Origin: an uncultured Rhodospirillaceae bacterium
GTDB taxonomy: Bacteria; Pseudomonadota; Alphaproteobacteria; MPNO01; UBA830
Direction of reading: 5' to 3'
Assembly: GCA_964412235.1 (NCBI GenBank)
Contig: CAYPNT010000005.1
Coordinates: forward strand, 5,879 to 69,878
Length of the DNA stretch: 64,000 nucleotides
Below the pieces are notes generated by a model that saw nothing but the letters and a program-made list of their open reading frames with translations, did no database searches and was not told the origin of the DNA. How positions within the stretch are numbered: position 1 is the first letter of the stretch; the number at the start of each line of letters is the position of its first letter. The translations under genes and the position numbers were made by a program. This document shows, one piece after another, positions 9,159 through 17,673 of this stretch.

Positions 9159-10826
9159 ATGGATGGCATTGCCGGGCAAAGGTCCTATCGTGATCTGCAA
9201 GAGCACATAGCGGAACTAGAAAAACGCGATTTGCTCCACGTTATCGATCATCCTGTCAACAAGGATACTGAAATGTCCGCGTTAGTTCGTTGGCAATTTC
9301 GAGGTGGCTTGCGAGAAGAAGATCGAAAGGCCTTTCTCTTTACAAATGTCACCGACTCCCAGGGACGCAAATATGATATTCCCGTGGTCATTGGAGCGCT
9401 AGCCGCCAATCAGGATATCTATGCGACCGGCATGGATGCGGCTGTTGAAGAGATTGCCGCTAAATGGCAAGCCGCAATTTCCAAACCTATTGCTCCCAAA
9501 TTGCTCAATGAGGCACCGTGTCAAGACGTTGTTATTGAAGGAAATGACTTGTTGAAGGAAGATGGTGGCCTCGTCCGATTGCCTATACCGCTCTCTACGC
9601 CAGGGTTTGATTCCTCTCCCACATTAGCCGCTACAAACGTGATAACCCGCAATCCAGATACTGGCACTCAAAATATGGGTACCTATCGTGCAGGTCTCAA
9701 ATCATCTAACCGCCTTGTCGTGCGCATGGCGACCCGAGTGGGCGGGGCGGAGGGTTACATGCATTGGCAAACGCACAAGTCTCGCGGAGAAAAATTGCCG
9801 TGTGCCATAGTGGTTGGGTGTCCGCCATATGTCGCATTCATGGGTCCGCAAAAACTCCCTGTCGGTGTTGAAGAATTGCACGTCGCGGGTGGCCTGGCTG
9901 GACAAGCCATCAACGTGGTGCGTGCTCGAACCGTCGACTTAGTGGTACCCGCTGAAGCAGAGCTCGTAATAGAAGGCCTCGTTGATACAGAAATGCTCGA
10001 GCCCGAAGGTCCATTTGGTGAAAGCCATGGCCATGTTGCGTTGGAAGAGTTGAATTTGCCTATGCATGTAACGGCCATTACGCACCGGAAGAAAGCGGTA
10101 ATTCCCTCCTACATTTCGCAAGTTGCGCCATCAGAAAGTTCCGTAATCAAACGCGTCGCATATGAACCGTTATTTCTCGCCCATTTGCGAGATCATTTGG
10201 GGATAAAGGGCATACGAAAAGTTCAATTACATGAGCCTCTTACGGGATTACTTCGTGTTACAATTATTTCTGTTGATCCGGAGACGCCGAGGACCGAGGT
10301 GTGGCGTGCGTTATACGGCGCTGCTAGCTTCAAAGGCGATTGCGGAAAAATTACCATCGCCGTTAATGAAGATATCGACGCCGACAATGCCGACGCTGTT
10401 TTGTGGGCGATGGCATACCGCCTCAACCCTGCTGAGGATGTTGAGGTTTTGCCGCATCGCGGGCAGGGTCACGGACCTAAGCGTGAGACATATGGTGAAG
10501 AGGATTCCACCCTTTTAATTGATGCTACGATGAAAGCGCCTATGCCGCCCCTGGCACTGCCTACAAAGCCCTATATGGAGGCTGGGAAGGAGCTCTGGGA
10601 AAAACTTGGACTTCCCACGCTTCGTCCCGAGTCTCCGTGGCACGGATATTCTCTTGGCGATTGGTCAAAATCATGGACAGAGGCGGCCGAACGCGCAACT
10701 GCGGGTGACTGGCCGGAGAACGGCCGTCGTACGTTGCAGAGACAGGTTCCCGCAGATGTTAAACCGGAGACATCCGTGCGCGAGGTTGAAGACGGATGGA
10801 AAGATGAGCTGGAATGGAAAAAATAG
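9159..10826 (+). CDS. UbiD-family (prFMN-dependent) decarboxylase, paralogue 1
   Basis: The ORF is open from 8907, but ATG 9159 has GGAG 8 nt upstream and aligns with the start of the paralogue at 53728. It has the UbiD signature LEPEGPFGESHGH and conserved blocks (RWQFRGG, VVGCPP). It carries about 60 extra C-terminal residues that the paralogue shares. Confidence 0.8.
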   Translation: MDGIAGQRSYRDLQEHIAELEKRDLLHVIDHPVNKDTEMSALVRWQFRGGLREEDRKAFLFTNVTDSQGRKYDIPVVIGALAANQDIYATGMDAAVEEIAAKWQAAISKPIAPKLLNEAPCQDVVIEGNDLLKEDGGLVRLPIPLSTPGFDSSPTLAATNVITRNPDTGTQNMGTYRAGLKSSNRLVVRMATRVGGAEGYMHWQTHKSRGEKLPCAIVVGCPPYVAFMGPQKLPVGVEELHVAGGLAGQAINVVRARTVDLVVPAEAELVIEGLVDTEMLEPEGPFGESHGHVALEELNLPMHVTAITHRKKAVIPSYISQVAPSESSVIKRVAYEPLFLAHLRDHLGIKGIRKVQLHEPLTGLLRVTIISVDPETPRTEVWRALYGAASFKGDCGKITIAVNEDIDADNADAVLWAMAYRLNPAEDVEVLPHRGQGHGPKRETYGEEDSTLLIDATMKAPMPPLALPTKPYMEAGKELWEKLGLPTLRPESPWHGYSLGDWSKSWTEAAERATAGDWPENGRRTLQRQVPADVKPETSVREVEDGWKDELEWKK

Positions 10827-10856
10827 GGTAGTCGCGAAAACATAAGGGATTCCAAC

Positions 10857-11342
10857 ATGAATGGAGCAGAAAGACGAGACTTTGTCCGGAAACACCGGAC
10901 GGCGGTGTTCGGTTATCCACGAAAGGAACACGGTCCCTCTATGTCTTGTGTATATTATGTGATGGATGGCGAAGACATTCTCGTCTCATCCATGTTGGGC
11001 CGAGCTAAGCCCAAAGCTGTTACTCGGGACCCTCGTGTTTCACTATGTATTCTCGATGAGAAATGGCCATTGACGTACATTACAGTATACGGAAATGCTA
11101 CTGTGGAAGAGCGAGGCGGAGACGATTTACTTATTGCTGTGTGCGAACTCATGGCTGAGCAGGTCATGCCGCACGATGAACGAGAAAAGCTTAGAAAACT
11201 TGCGATTGAGGAAGAACGGTGCGTTATCCGAATAGTCCCCGAAACGACCTTTGAAACACCCCCTCGACACGTTCACACCCCCGATGATGTTGACACGTTA
11301 TCCCATTGGCTCGGCAATACTTTGCCATGGAATTCGGCATGA
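10857..11342 (+). CDS. Pyridoxamine 5'-phosphate oxidase (PPOX)-like FMN-binding split-barrel protein
   Basis: 161 aa. Its pattern (FVRKHRTAVFGYPRKEHGPSMSCVYYVMDGEDILVSS ... VSLCILDE) resembles PPOX-class small flavoproteins. The stop overlaps the next start (ATGA). Confidence 0.55.
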   Translation: MNGAERRDFVRKHRTAVFGYPRKEHGPSMSCVYYVMDGEDILVSSMLGRAKPKAVTRDPRVSLCILDEKWPLTYITVYGNATVEERGGDDLLIAVCELMAEQVMPHDEREKLRKLAIEEERCVIRIVPETTFETPPRHVHTPDDVDTLSHWLGNTLPWNSA

Positions 11343-11863
11343 GTGGCCCTGTTGCGCGTGAAGATTACTCTAAACGAATTTTTAATAAGCTGGCGGATGC
11401 AGGCGTCACTCTGTTCTCTTACGTTCCTGATTTCGGGAATGCTGAGATCATTAATTTGGCCGAGGAAGATAACAGAACGACTGTGGCTCTGCTTTCCAGC
11501 GAGCAAGAGGGCGTAGCGCTCAGCGCAGGTGCCGATTTAGTGAATGGGCGCGCTGTTTTACTTATGCAATCCTCCGGGGTCGGTAATTGTGTCAACATGC
11601 TGTCACTTGTTAAGGCCGGGCGTTTTCCCCTCCTCATGATTGTGACAATGCGCGGAGACTATGGGGAGCAGAACCCATGGCAATATCCGATGGGCCAAGC
11701 AGTTGAACCAGTTTTGGAAGCAATGGGAGTGCAATGCCTATGGGTGCGAAGGGTCGCCGATTTAGACGACGCGCTTGATGCAGCCATTTCCGCTGTTTTC
11801 ACAGCCGGACAGGGGGTGGCTTTGATTCTGTCACAAAAATTAATTGGCGCGAAGGTCTTTTAA
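11339..11863 (+). CDS. Sulfopyruvate decarboxylase alpha-subunit-like protein (split TPP enzyme, PYR domain)
   Basis: The start ATG overlaps the upstream stop (ATGA). The blocks FSYVPD, SEQEGVALSAGADL, LLMQSSGVGN and PLLMIVTMRGDYGEQNPWQ match the ComD-type N-terminal TPP domain. Confidence 0.65.
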   Translation: MSGPVAREDYSKRIFNKLADAGVTLFSYVPDFGNAEIINLAEEDNRTTVALLSSEQEGVALSAGADLVNGRAVLLMQSSGVGNCVNMLSLVKAGRFPLLMIVTMRGDYGEQNPWQYPMGQAVEPVLEAMGVQCLWVRRVADLDDALDAAISAVFTAGQGVALILSQKLIGAKVF

Positions 11864-11864
11864 A

Positions 11865-12479
11865 ATGGTTGGTCCTACGTCCGTTGGAATGATCGACCGC
11901 ACGAGTATTTTGCCTCAATTATTTGCAGACCCTAATGACTATTTGATTATTACGGGGCTTGCGGGTGCCGCCAAGGATGCAGCCTCTTGGACTGGTGATG
12001 CCGATAACTTATTAACATTTGGGGGTGCGATGGGGGGCGCTCTTCCGACCTCACTCGGGACTGCTTTATGTGCTCCTGAAAGGAACGTTTTGGTGATCAC
12101 GGGTGACGCAGAACTCTTAATGAGTGCGGGCGCGCTGGCCACCACGGCATCGGCTCGCCCAGCCAACTTATCAATTGTGTGTATTGATAATGCCCAACAT
12201 GGCGAAACAGGTGGACAACCTAGTCATACGGCTATGCAGACTAACTTGTCATTGTTGGCCGAGGGAGCAGGAATACCATCGGTTATGACGTTATCGGCTC
12301 CTGAAAAGTTAGAAGAGGCGCGTCGGTTTTTGAAGGAAAAGCCGGGTCCTCGCTTCCTGTGTGTTCGCGTGAGGCCCGGCCCCCCATCGGATTATAAACG
12401 GGATTGGGATTTGGTTCATTGTCGTGTGAGATTTAAAGCAGCACTTATTTCAACTGAAGACAGACAAACAAAAAGATAA
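11865..12479 (+). CDS. Sulfopyruvate decarboxylase beta-subunit-like protein (TPP-binding PP domain)
   Basis: ATG lies 1 nt after the upstream stop; TTG 11844 is an alternative. The TPP motif is GDAELLMSAGALATTASARPANLSIVCIDN. Confidence 0.65.
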   Translation: MVGPTSVGMIDRTSILPQLFADPNDYLIITGLAGAAKDAASWTGDADNLLTFGGAMGGALPTSLGTALCAPERNVLVITGDAELLMSAGALATTASARPANLSIVCIDNAQHGETGGQPSHTAMQTNLSLLAEGAGIPSVMTLSAPEKLEEARRFLKEKPGPRFLCVRVRPGPPSDYKRDWDLVHCRVRFKAALISTEDRQTKR

Positions 12480-12559
12480 CTTGCGGCGATTGTCGAACAT
12501 TTGCGCGTCTCTCCCTCGCCATGTCTATCCGCGAGTTGGGTTTTCAAGTGTGTCAGGCT

Positions 12560-13612
12560 CTAACCCTCGTTCGGCATATTCATCCCAAGCGATTGTGCCA
12601 CGGCTTCAAGCCGGTTCCAGGTTCCTGCGGGCACGGGTATGCCGGACCGCTCTCGTCCTGCAAAAACCTTATCGCCTCGTTCACCAGGAACGAGGATTTC
12701 GTCGACCCCGGAGGCCCGAGGCAGCGTTTTTACTGCGCTCGCGAGTCGGTCGACTTCGCGCGCGTAATCAGAAATATCGCCGAATTTTGAGAGGTCCACC
12801 GCTATTACAAGGCCATTTTGCATGTGCAGGTCGCCGTTCGGTGCGCCTTCCAGGAACGGTGCTATGAGCGGATTTCCAACGGTTAGGCTTGCCAGGCATT
12901 CGAACATTAGGGAGAGGCCACCTCCCTTGTGTCCTCCAAGGGCGGTGGGTATTGCCGCTTTCGACGGATCCGTTGTCGGATCGCCCTTGCTATCTATTGC
13001 CCAACCTTCACCTAGGGGACTATTCGTATCGCGAGCAAGTTGGATTTTTCCCATAGATTGTGTTGCGGTCGCCATATCGAGCATTAAGGGCGCGTGTTTT
13101 GAGCCAGGTACCGCGATCGCGATTGGGCTTGTCGCGATACCCGCGGATCGCGCGCCTGGATAGGCCATATTGGGACGAGATACATTGATCACGATACCCG
13201 CCATTCCTTCTGCGGTGATTTCCAAAGCAAAATATCCGACGGCACCCATATGTGTGGCTTTTCGGACACAGCATAGGCCTATTCCTGCCTTCGATGCTTT
13301 TTCTAAAGCGATTTCCGTGCCGCGAGAAAGCGCTACCTGTCCAAAAGCGTGGTCCGCATCTAAGACGGCGGCCGCGAGTAGATCCGTAGTTATATGCATT
13401 TGCGGCGTGGGGTTGTTCACACCACTATCCACGCGCGCAATATAGCCGGGGATACGCAATACCCCATGTGAATCGACACCCCGCATGTTTGCCCATACTA
13501 AGACTTTACTTACCAATGCAGCGTCGTGCCGCGGTAATCCTTTTTTCGCGAACACCTCTACGACGAAGGCGGTTAGCCGCTGTTGTGAAATCAATCGTGT
13601 TTCTGGATCCAT
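12560..13612 (-). CDS. Ldh_2-family (malate/L-lactate/sulfolactate dehydrogenase type 2) oxidoreductase
   Basis: 350 aa. GVDSHGVLRIPGY, the CVRKATHMGAVGYF-type block and GGHKGGGLSLMFE are characteristic of the Ldh_2 family. Confidence 0.7.
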   Translation of the reverse strand: MDPETRLISQQRLTAFVVEVFAKKGLPRHDAALVSKVLVWANMRGVDSHGVLRIPGYIARVDSGVNNPTPQMHITTDLLAAAVLDADHAFGQVALSRGTEIALEKASKAGIGLCCVRKATHMGAVGYFALEITAEGMAGIVINVSRPNMAYPGARSAGIATSPIAIAVPGSKHAPLMLDMATATQSMGKIQLARDTNSPLGEGWAIDSKGDPTTDPSKAAIPTALGGHKGGGLSLMFECLASLTVGNPLIAPFLEGAPNGDLHMQNGLVIAVDLSKFGDISDYAREVDRLASAVKTLPRASGVDEILVPGERGDKVFAGRERSGIPVPAGTWNRLEAVAQSLGMNMPNEG

Positions 13613-13706
13613 GGGCGACCTAATATCAAGGGTTGTCTGTTTGGTCCAGCGTTGCCGAAGTTGGTTTCATGGGCGTATAAACTGATAAAACCCTCGGAGG
13701 TGAGTT

Positions 13707-14600
13707 TTGGAACAAGCAGTTTCCTTTAAGTCTGGCAAAAATGGCGAGCTGAATATTTCAGGGGTCATACACATTCCCGATGATTTGGGACAGGGAGAAA
13801 AACGCCCAGCCGTTCTTGTATTACATGGATTTGGAAGCCGAAAGGACGCCGAAAATGTGAAGGGCCCCACGAATATGTTTATGGGATGGGGGTATGTTGT
13901 TCTGAGATTTGACATGCGCGGTTGTGGCGAAAGCGATGGAATTTTTGGACACTTGCTGTGCCTTGACCAAGTGGAGGACACACAATCGGCAATCACATTT
14001 CTGCAATCTCGGCCAGAAGTAGATCCCGATAAAATAGCAGTCGTTGGATCAAGCTTTGGTGCTGCCGTCGCAGTCTATACAGCTGGAGTTGACGATCGAG
14101 TTGCTGCGGTGATCTCCTCGGGGGGTTGGGGAAATGGGGAACGCAAATTTCGTGGTCAGCATTCTACCGCCGAGGCGTGGGCGGCGTTCACAAAAATGCT
14201 GGAGGAGGGGAAAAAACATCGCGAGGAAACGGGAGAGCCTATGATGGTCGATCGTTTTGCAATAGTGCCAATACCCCAGCATTTGAGGAAGAATATGCCA
14301 TCGGGTTCCGTCGAAAAATTCACAGCCGACACCGCTCTGGGTATGATGGAATTTAATGCTGAAAATGTGATTGCGAATATCGCCCCCCGACCCGTACTCC
14401 TGCTGCATAGCTCTGTAGATTCTGTGACACCCACCGAGCAATCGGTTGAAATGTTTAAGCGTGCCGGACAGCCCACGGATCTGCATCTAACCGCGGATAC
14501 CGACCATTTTATGATGGCTGAATCAAATACGCGAGTGATCAAAATTATTGAAGATTGGCTTGAAAGATACTTTTCTGTTACCGGGGACAATAATGCTTGA
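13707..14600 (+). CDS. Alpha/beta hydrolase
   Basis: TTG start 6 nt after GGAGG. The nucleophile elbow is VVGSSFGA (GxSxG). The C-terminal DHF His is plausible for the catalytic triad. Confidence 0.65.
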   Translation: MEQAVSFKSGKNGELNISGVIHIPDDLGQGEKRPAVLVLHGFGSRKDAENVKGPTNMFMGWGYVVLRFDMRGCGESDGIFGHLLCLDQVEDTQSAITFLQSRPEVDPDKIAVVGSSFGAAVAVYTAGVDDRVAAVISSGGWGNGERKFRGQHSTAEAWAAFTKMLEEGKKHREETGEPMMVDRFAIVPIPQHLRKNMPSGSVEKFTADTALGMMEFNAENVIANIAPRPVLLLHSSVDSVTPTEQSVEMFKRAGQPTDLHLTADTDHFMMAESNTRVIKIIEDWLERYFSVTGDNNA

Positions 14601-15795
14601 CGGTATACACTCATCGAATGACACCAAAGTCACGGAAATCGCCCTCGTAGAAAAGGCGCGGGCGATGGCGCCTATCCTGGAAGAACGCGCCCGTAAAGCG
14701 GAAAAAGAACGTCGAATTTCAACAGAAACGGATCGCGAATTTCGAGAAGCAGGATTTTATGCTGCTCTTCAGCCACGCCGGTATGGCGGACTTGAGCTGG
14801 ATTACGGTGCACAAACGCAATTTGCAATTGAGCTCAGTCGAGTTTGCGCTTCAAGCGGCTGGGTCGCGGGTATTCTAGCATGTCACGGATGGATAGCCGG
14901 AATGTTCCCGGATGAAGCTCAATCGGAAATTTGGGGACGGGATCCCACTGCAAAAATCGCGACGTCGTTTTTGCCGATAAATGCAAAAGTCGAGGGCTCA
15001 GAGGCCGGACTTCGTGTCAGTGGTCGTTGGCGCTTTTCCAGTGGCGTCGATCATTGTGGTTGGGCAATTTTGCTCGCAATGGCCCAGGGTGATGGCGACC
15101 TCCCTCCAAACCCTGTATTTGTTATTGTTAATCTGCAGTCCTGCTTGGTTGAAGACACATGGCATAGTACAGGCCTCGCCGCGACGGGTAGCAACGACAT
15201 CGTGGTTGATGACCTTAAAGTGCCACCGCACCGTGTTATGCCTATTGTTAATCTCAGGGGTGAAGATACGCCTGGCTATTTGGCAAGCGGAAACTATCTC
15301 TACAAACTACCCTTATTCGCTGTATTTCCATTCAACATTATCGGGCCAGCCATAGGCGCAGCCCACGGAGCCCTCGATCGGATCGTGTCCGAGCTTTCAA
15401 AAAGACAGACAGTCACCGGGACCGATCTTTCACGGGTCGCAACCGTGCACCAAAGAATTGGGAAGGCCACGGCACTGTTAGACGCGGCTTATGCACTTCT
15501 AGGCCGGATACGTTCGGATATTATCACTAAAGGCCATGATGGTCTTGAATTTGAGATGACGCATCGCGCACGCTATCGGCTAGGCTTGGGACACATTGCG
15601 CAGAACTGCTGCCAGGCGGTTGATGAATTGCTTCCCTTGACAGGCGGCCGCGGTCTGGAAACATCGCATCCTGTTCAGAGGGCCTGGCGAGACGTTCACG
15701 CTGTCGCACAACATATTGGCCTCGTCTGGGATCTACAGACCACGCTTTTTGGCAATATTTTGATGGGTCACGGTAGTCCAGACCCAAAACTATAA
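14593..15795 (+). CDS. Acyl-CoA-dehydrogenase-fold flavin-dependent monooxygenase (HsaA / HpaH-C2-like) or acyl-CoA dehydrogenase family protein
   Basis: ATG 14593 overlaps the upstream stop by 8 nt. About 400 aa with ACAD-like architecture. Its context, between a hydrolase and an extradiol dioxygenase, favours a phenol-hydroxylating oxygenase component. Confidence 0.6.
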   Translation: MLDGIHSSNDTKVTEIALVEKARAMAPILEERARKAEKERRISTETDREFREAGFYAALQPRRYGGLELDYGAQTQFAIELSRVCASSGWVAGILACHGWIAGMFPDEAQSEIWGRDPTAKIATSFLPINAKVEGSEAGLRVSGRWRFSSGVDHCGWAILLAMAQGDGDLPPNPVFVIVNLQSCLVEDTWHSTGLAATGSNDIVVDDLKVPPHRVMPIVNLRGEDTPGYLASGNYLYKLPLFAVFPFNIIGPAIGAAHGALDRIVSELSKRQTVTGTDLSRVATVHQRIGKATALLDAAYALLGRIRSDIITKGHDGLEFEMTHRARYRLGLGHIAQNCCQAVDELLPLTGGRGLETSHPVQRAWRDVHAVAQHIGLVWDLQTTLFGNILMGHGSPDPKL

Positions 15796-15796
15796 A

Positions 15797-16651
15797 CTAG
15801 TTGCCAATACCAATCTCGAATTCACCGATTTGATCACAGTGAAAATGCAGTTTGTCTCCTGCTTTCACCTCGCTGACGCCCTCTGGGGAGCCAGTGTATA
15901 ATACGTCGCCCGGATACAACGTGTAATATTCGGAGGCATATTCAATTAGTTCCCGAATGCTCAACACTTGATCTGAGGTGTTCGCGTTTTGCTTGACCTC
16001 TCCGTTGACCGACCCCCAAAAAGAAACGTTGTCCGGATCCGGAATTTCATCGGCTGTAACAAGCCAAGGTCCGAGGACGGCATATCCATCGCAAGATTTT
16101 CGAGCACTCCTATCCTCTGGTCCGCGAACTGTCATATCTAATCCCAAGGTATATCCCGCGATTACTTCCAGAGCGTCGGCTTGGCGGACCCGGCTACACT
16201 CTTTTCCTATAATAATTACAAACTCGAATTCGTGATCGTTGCGGCGTTCGGGAAAGCGGATGGGTATTAAATCTGATGGGCCGATCAGAGCGGTATTTGA
16301 TTTTAGAAAAATACCGGCCTCTTTAATTTTGGTGGTTCGCTCTATATGGCGGATCCCTGGATCTGCTTGAGCTTCATCAATATGGGCTTTGTAGTTTACG
16401 GGAGCTGCCATAATTTTACCCGGCCGTGCAATCGGTGGAAGGAGATTGACAGCGTTCAATGGTATTGGTTCCGAAGTGTCCGCCATTTCTCGTAACGGTT
16501 CCTGCCAGTCCGTCAAACCTGATATGACGGCGTCAGACTTTGAAACGTACGGATGAGCCGCACGCATTTCTTCTTGGGCTCGCGTTACATCATGGATGCC
16601 GTTGCCGCGCACAATACCCAGTTGGTCGTCATTGTACCTGCAGAGTTTCAT
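15797..16651 (-). CDS. Fumarylacetoacetate hydrolase (FAH) family protein
   Basis: 284 aa. HEFEFVIIIGK and the C-terminal GDVLYTGSPEGV are typical FAH-family blocks. Confidence 0.75.
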   Translation of the reverse strand: MKLCRYNDDQLGIVRGNGIHDVTRAQEEMRAAHPYVSKSDAVISGLTDWQEPLREMADTSEPIPLNAVNLLPPIARPGKIMAAPVNYKAHIDEAQADPGIRHIERTTKIKEAGIFLKSNTALIGPSDLIPIRFPERRNDHEFEFVIIIGKECSRVRQADALEVIAGYTLGLDMTVRGPEDRSARKSCDGYAVLGPWLVTADEIPDPDNVSFWGSVNGEVKQNANTSDQVLSIRELIEYASEYYTLYPGDVLYTGSPEGVSEVKAGDKLHFHCDQIGEFEIGIGN

Positions 16652-16690
16652 TTTTGCCTCCTTGAGCGATCAAAGTATTTATCTTTCCCG

Positions 16691-16717
16691 TTGTCACGCA
16701 AAATCATACCATGACAA
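16691..16717. repeat. Perfect inverted repeat TTGTCA-N15-TGACAA in a divergent promoter region (candidate operator)
   Basis: Read directly from the sequence. It lies between the FAH gene (-) and the extradiol dioxygenase gene (+). Its function is inferred only. Confidence 0.3.
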
Positions 16718-16750
16718 AGGTAGATGGACGCATTTGGAGGGATTTAAAAA

Positions 16751-17626
16751 ATGGCTGATCCTATTGTTAAGGGACTGCATAGTGCTGAACTGGCTGTACC
16801 AGAATTGCGCGCGGCGACAAAATTTTATGTCGATTGCTGGGGCCTGACGGTTGCCGCGGAAGAAAACGGGTCAGTGTATTTGCGTGGCACCGGCGCTGAA
16901 CATCACGCCTTAGTCTTAAGGGAAGGTCGCGAGAAGAAATTGCTCGCCGTAAATTTACTCGCCGAGGATAAAACTTCCGTCGATGGGCTTTACGAGAGAG
17001 CAAAAAGTCTCGGCGCCTCCGTCGAAGCACCTAATGAGTTGGTCGGTCCAGCCGGAGGGTATGGTTTTGTTTTTTGTGATTTGCATGATCGCAAATATTA
17101 CGTTTCTGCGGGTTTGAAAACGCATGAGAGCATGCCGTATTCAAAGGATACTCCCATTAAGCTCAGTCATGTGGTGCTAAATTCTCCCGAACGGGAAGCC
17201 CAAAGTGAACAATTTATTGATTTTCTGGGTTTCAAATTGTCAGACAGAACCGGTTATATGGACTTTATACGCTGTAGCAGCGATCATCATGCAATTGCTT
17301 ATACAGCGATAAACCGTCCCACAGTAAATCACTGTGCATTTGAAGTGCCTAGTCACGATGCGCTAATGCACGCGTCTGGTCGTATGAAAAGAGCAGGATA
17401 CCCTGTTGAATGGGGTGTCGGCCGGCATGGACCCGGCGACAACATTTTTGCATATTTTATTGATCCTAACGAGTACGTAATAGAGTATACCGCAGAGGTG
17501 CAGCAGGTTGATGACAGCTATAAAGTTGGCATGCCCGAGGACTGGGTTCGACCAGCAGATTTCAACGGTGATGGGTGGGGGTTCGTCGAACCAGCCTCCC
17601 AGCGGATGCATGCGGCGACACAATAA
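16751..17626 (+). CDS. Two-domain VOC-family extradiol ring-cleavage dioxygenase
   Basis: 291 aa. The pattern of conserved His/Glu (HHALVL, SHVVLNS, DHHAIAY, NHCAFEV, IEYTAE) resembles catechol 2,3-dioxygenase-type enzymes. Confidence 0.7.
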   Translation: MADPIVKGLHSAELAVPELRAATKFYVDCWGLTVAAEENGSVYLRGTGAEHHALVLREGREKKLLAVNLLAEDKTSVDGLYERAKSLGASVEAPNELVGPAGGYGFVFCDLHDRKYYVSAGLKTHESMPYSKDTPIKLSHVVLNSPEREAQSEQFIDFLGFKLSDRTGYMDFIRCSSDHHAIAYTAINRPTVNHCAFEVPSHDALMHASGRMKRAGYPVEWGVGRHGPGDNIFAYFIDPNEYVIEYTAEVQQVDDSYKVGMPEDWVRPADFNGDGWGFVEPASQRMHAATQ

Positions 17627-17673
17627 TGGCGGGGTAGGTCAGCTTTATCTTACTTTACCTAAGGTCCCAATGA

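Noticed and set aside
11339-12479. Phosphonate biosynthesis (phosphonopyruvate decarboxylase plus the AEP-transaminase-like gene at 43704).
   Set aside because: No PEP mutase gene is in the window. The two genes are 31 kb apart. The split alpha/beta architecture next to an Ldh_2 gene fits the ComDE/ComC pattern better.
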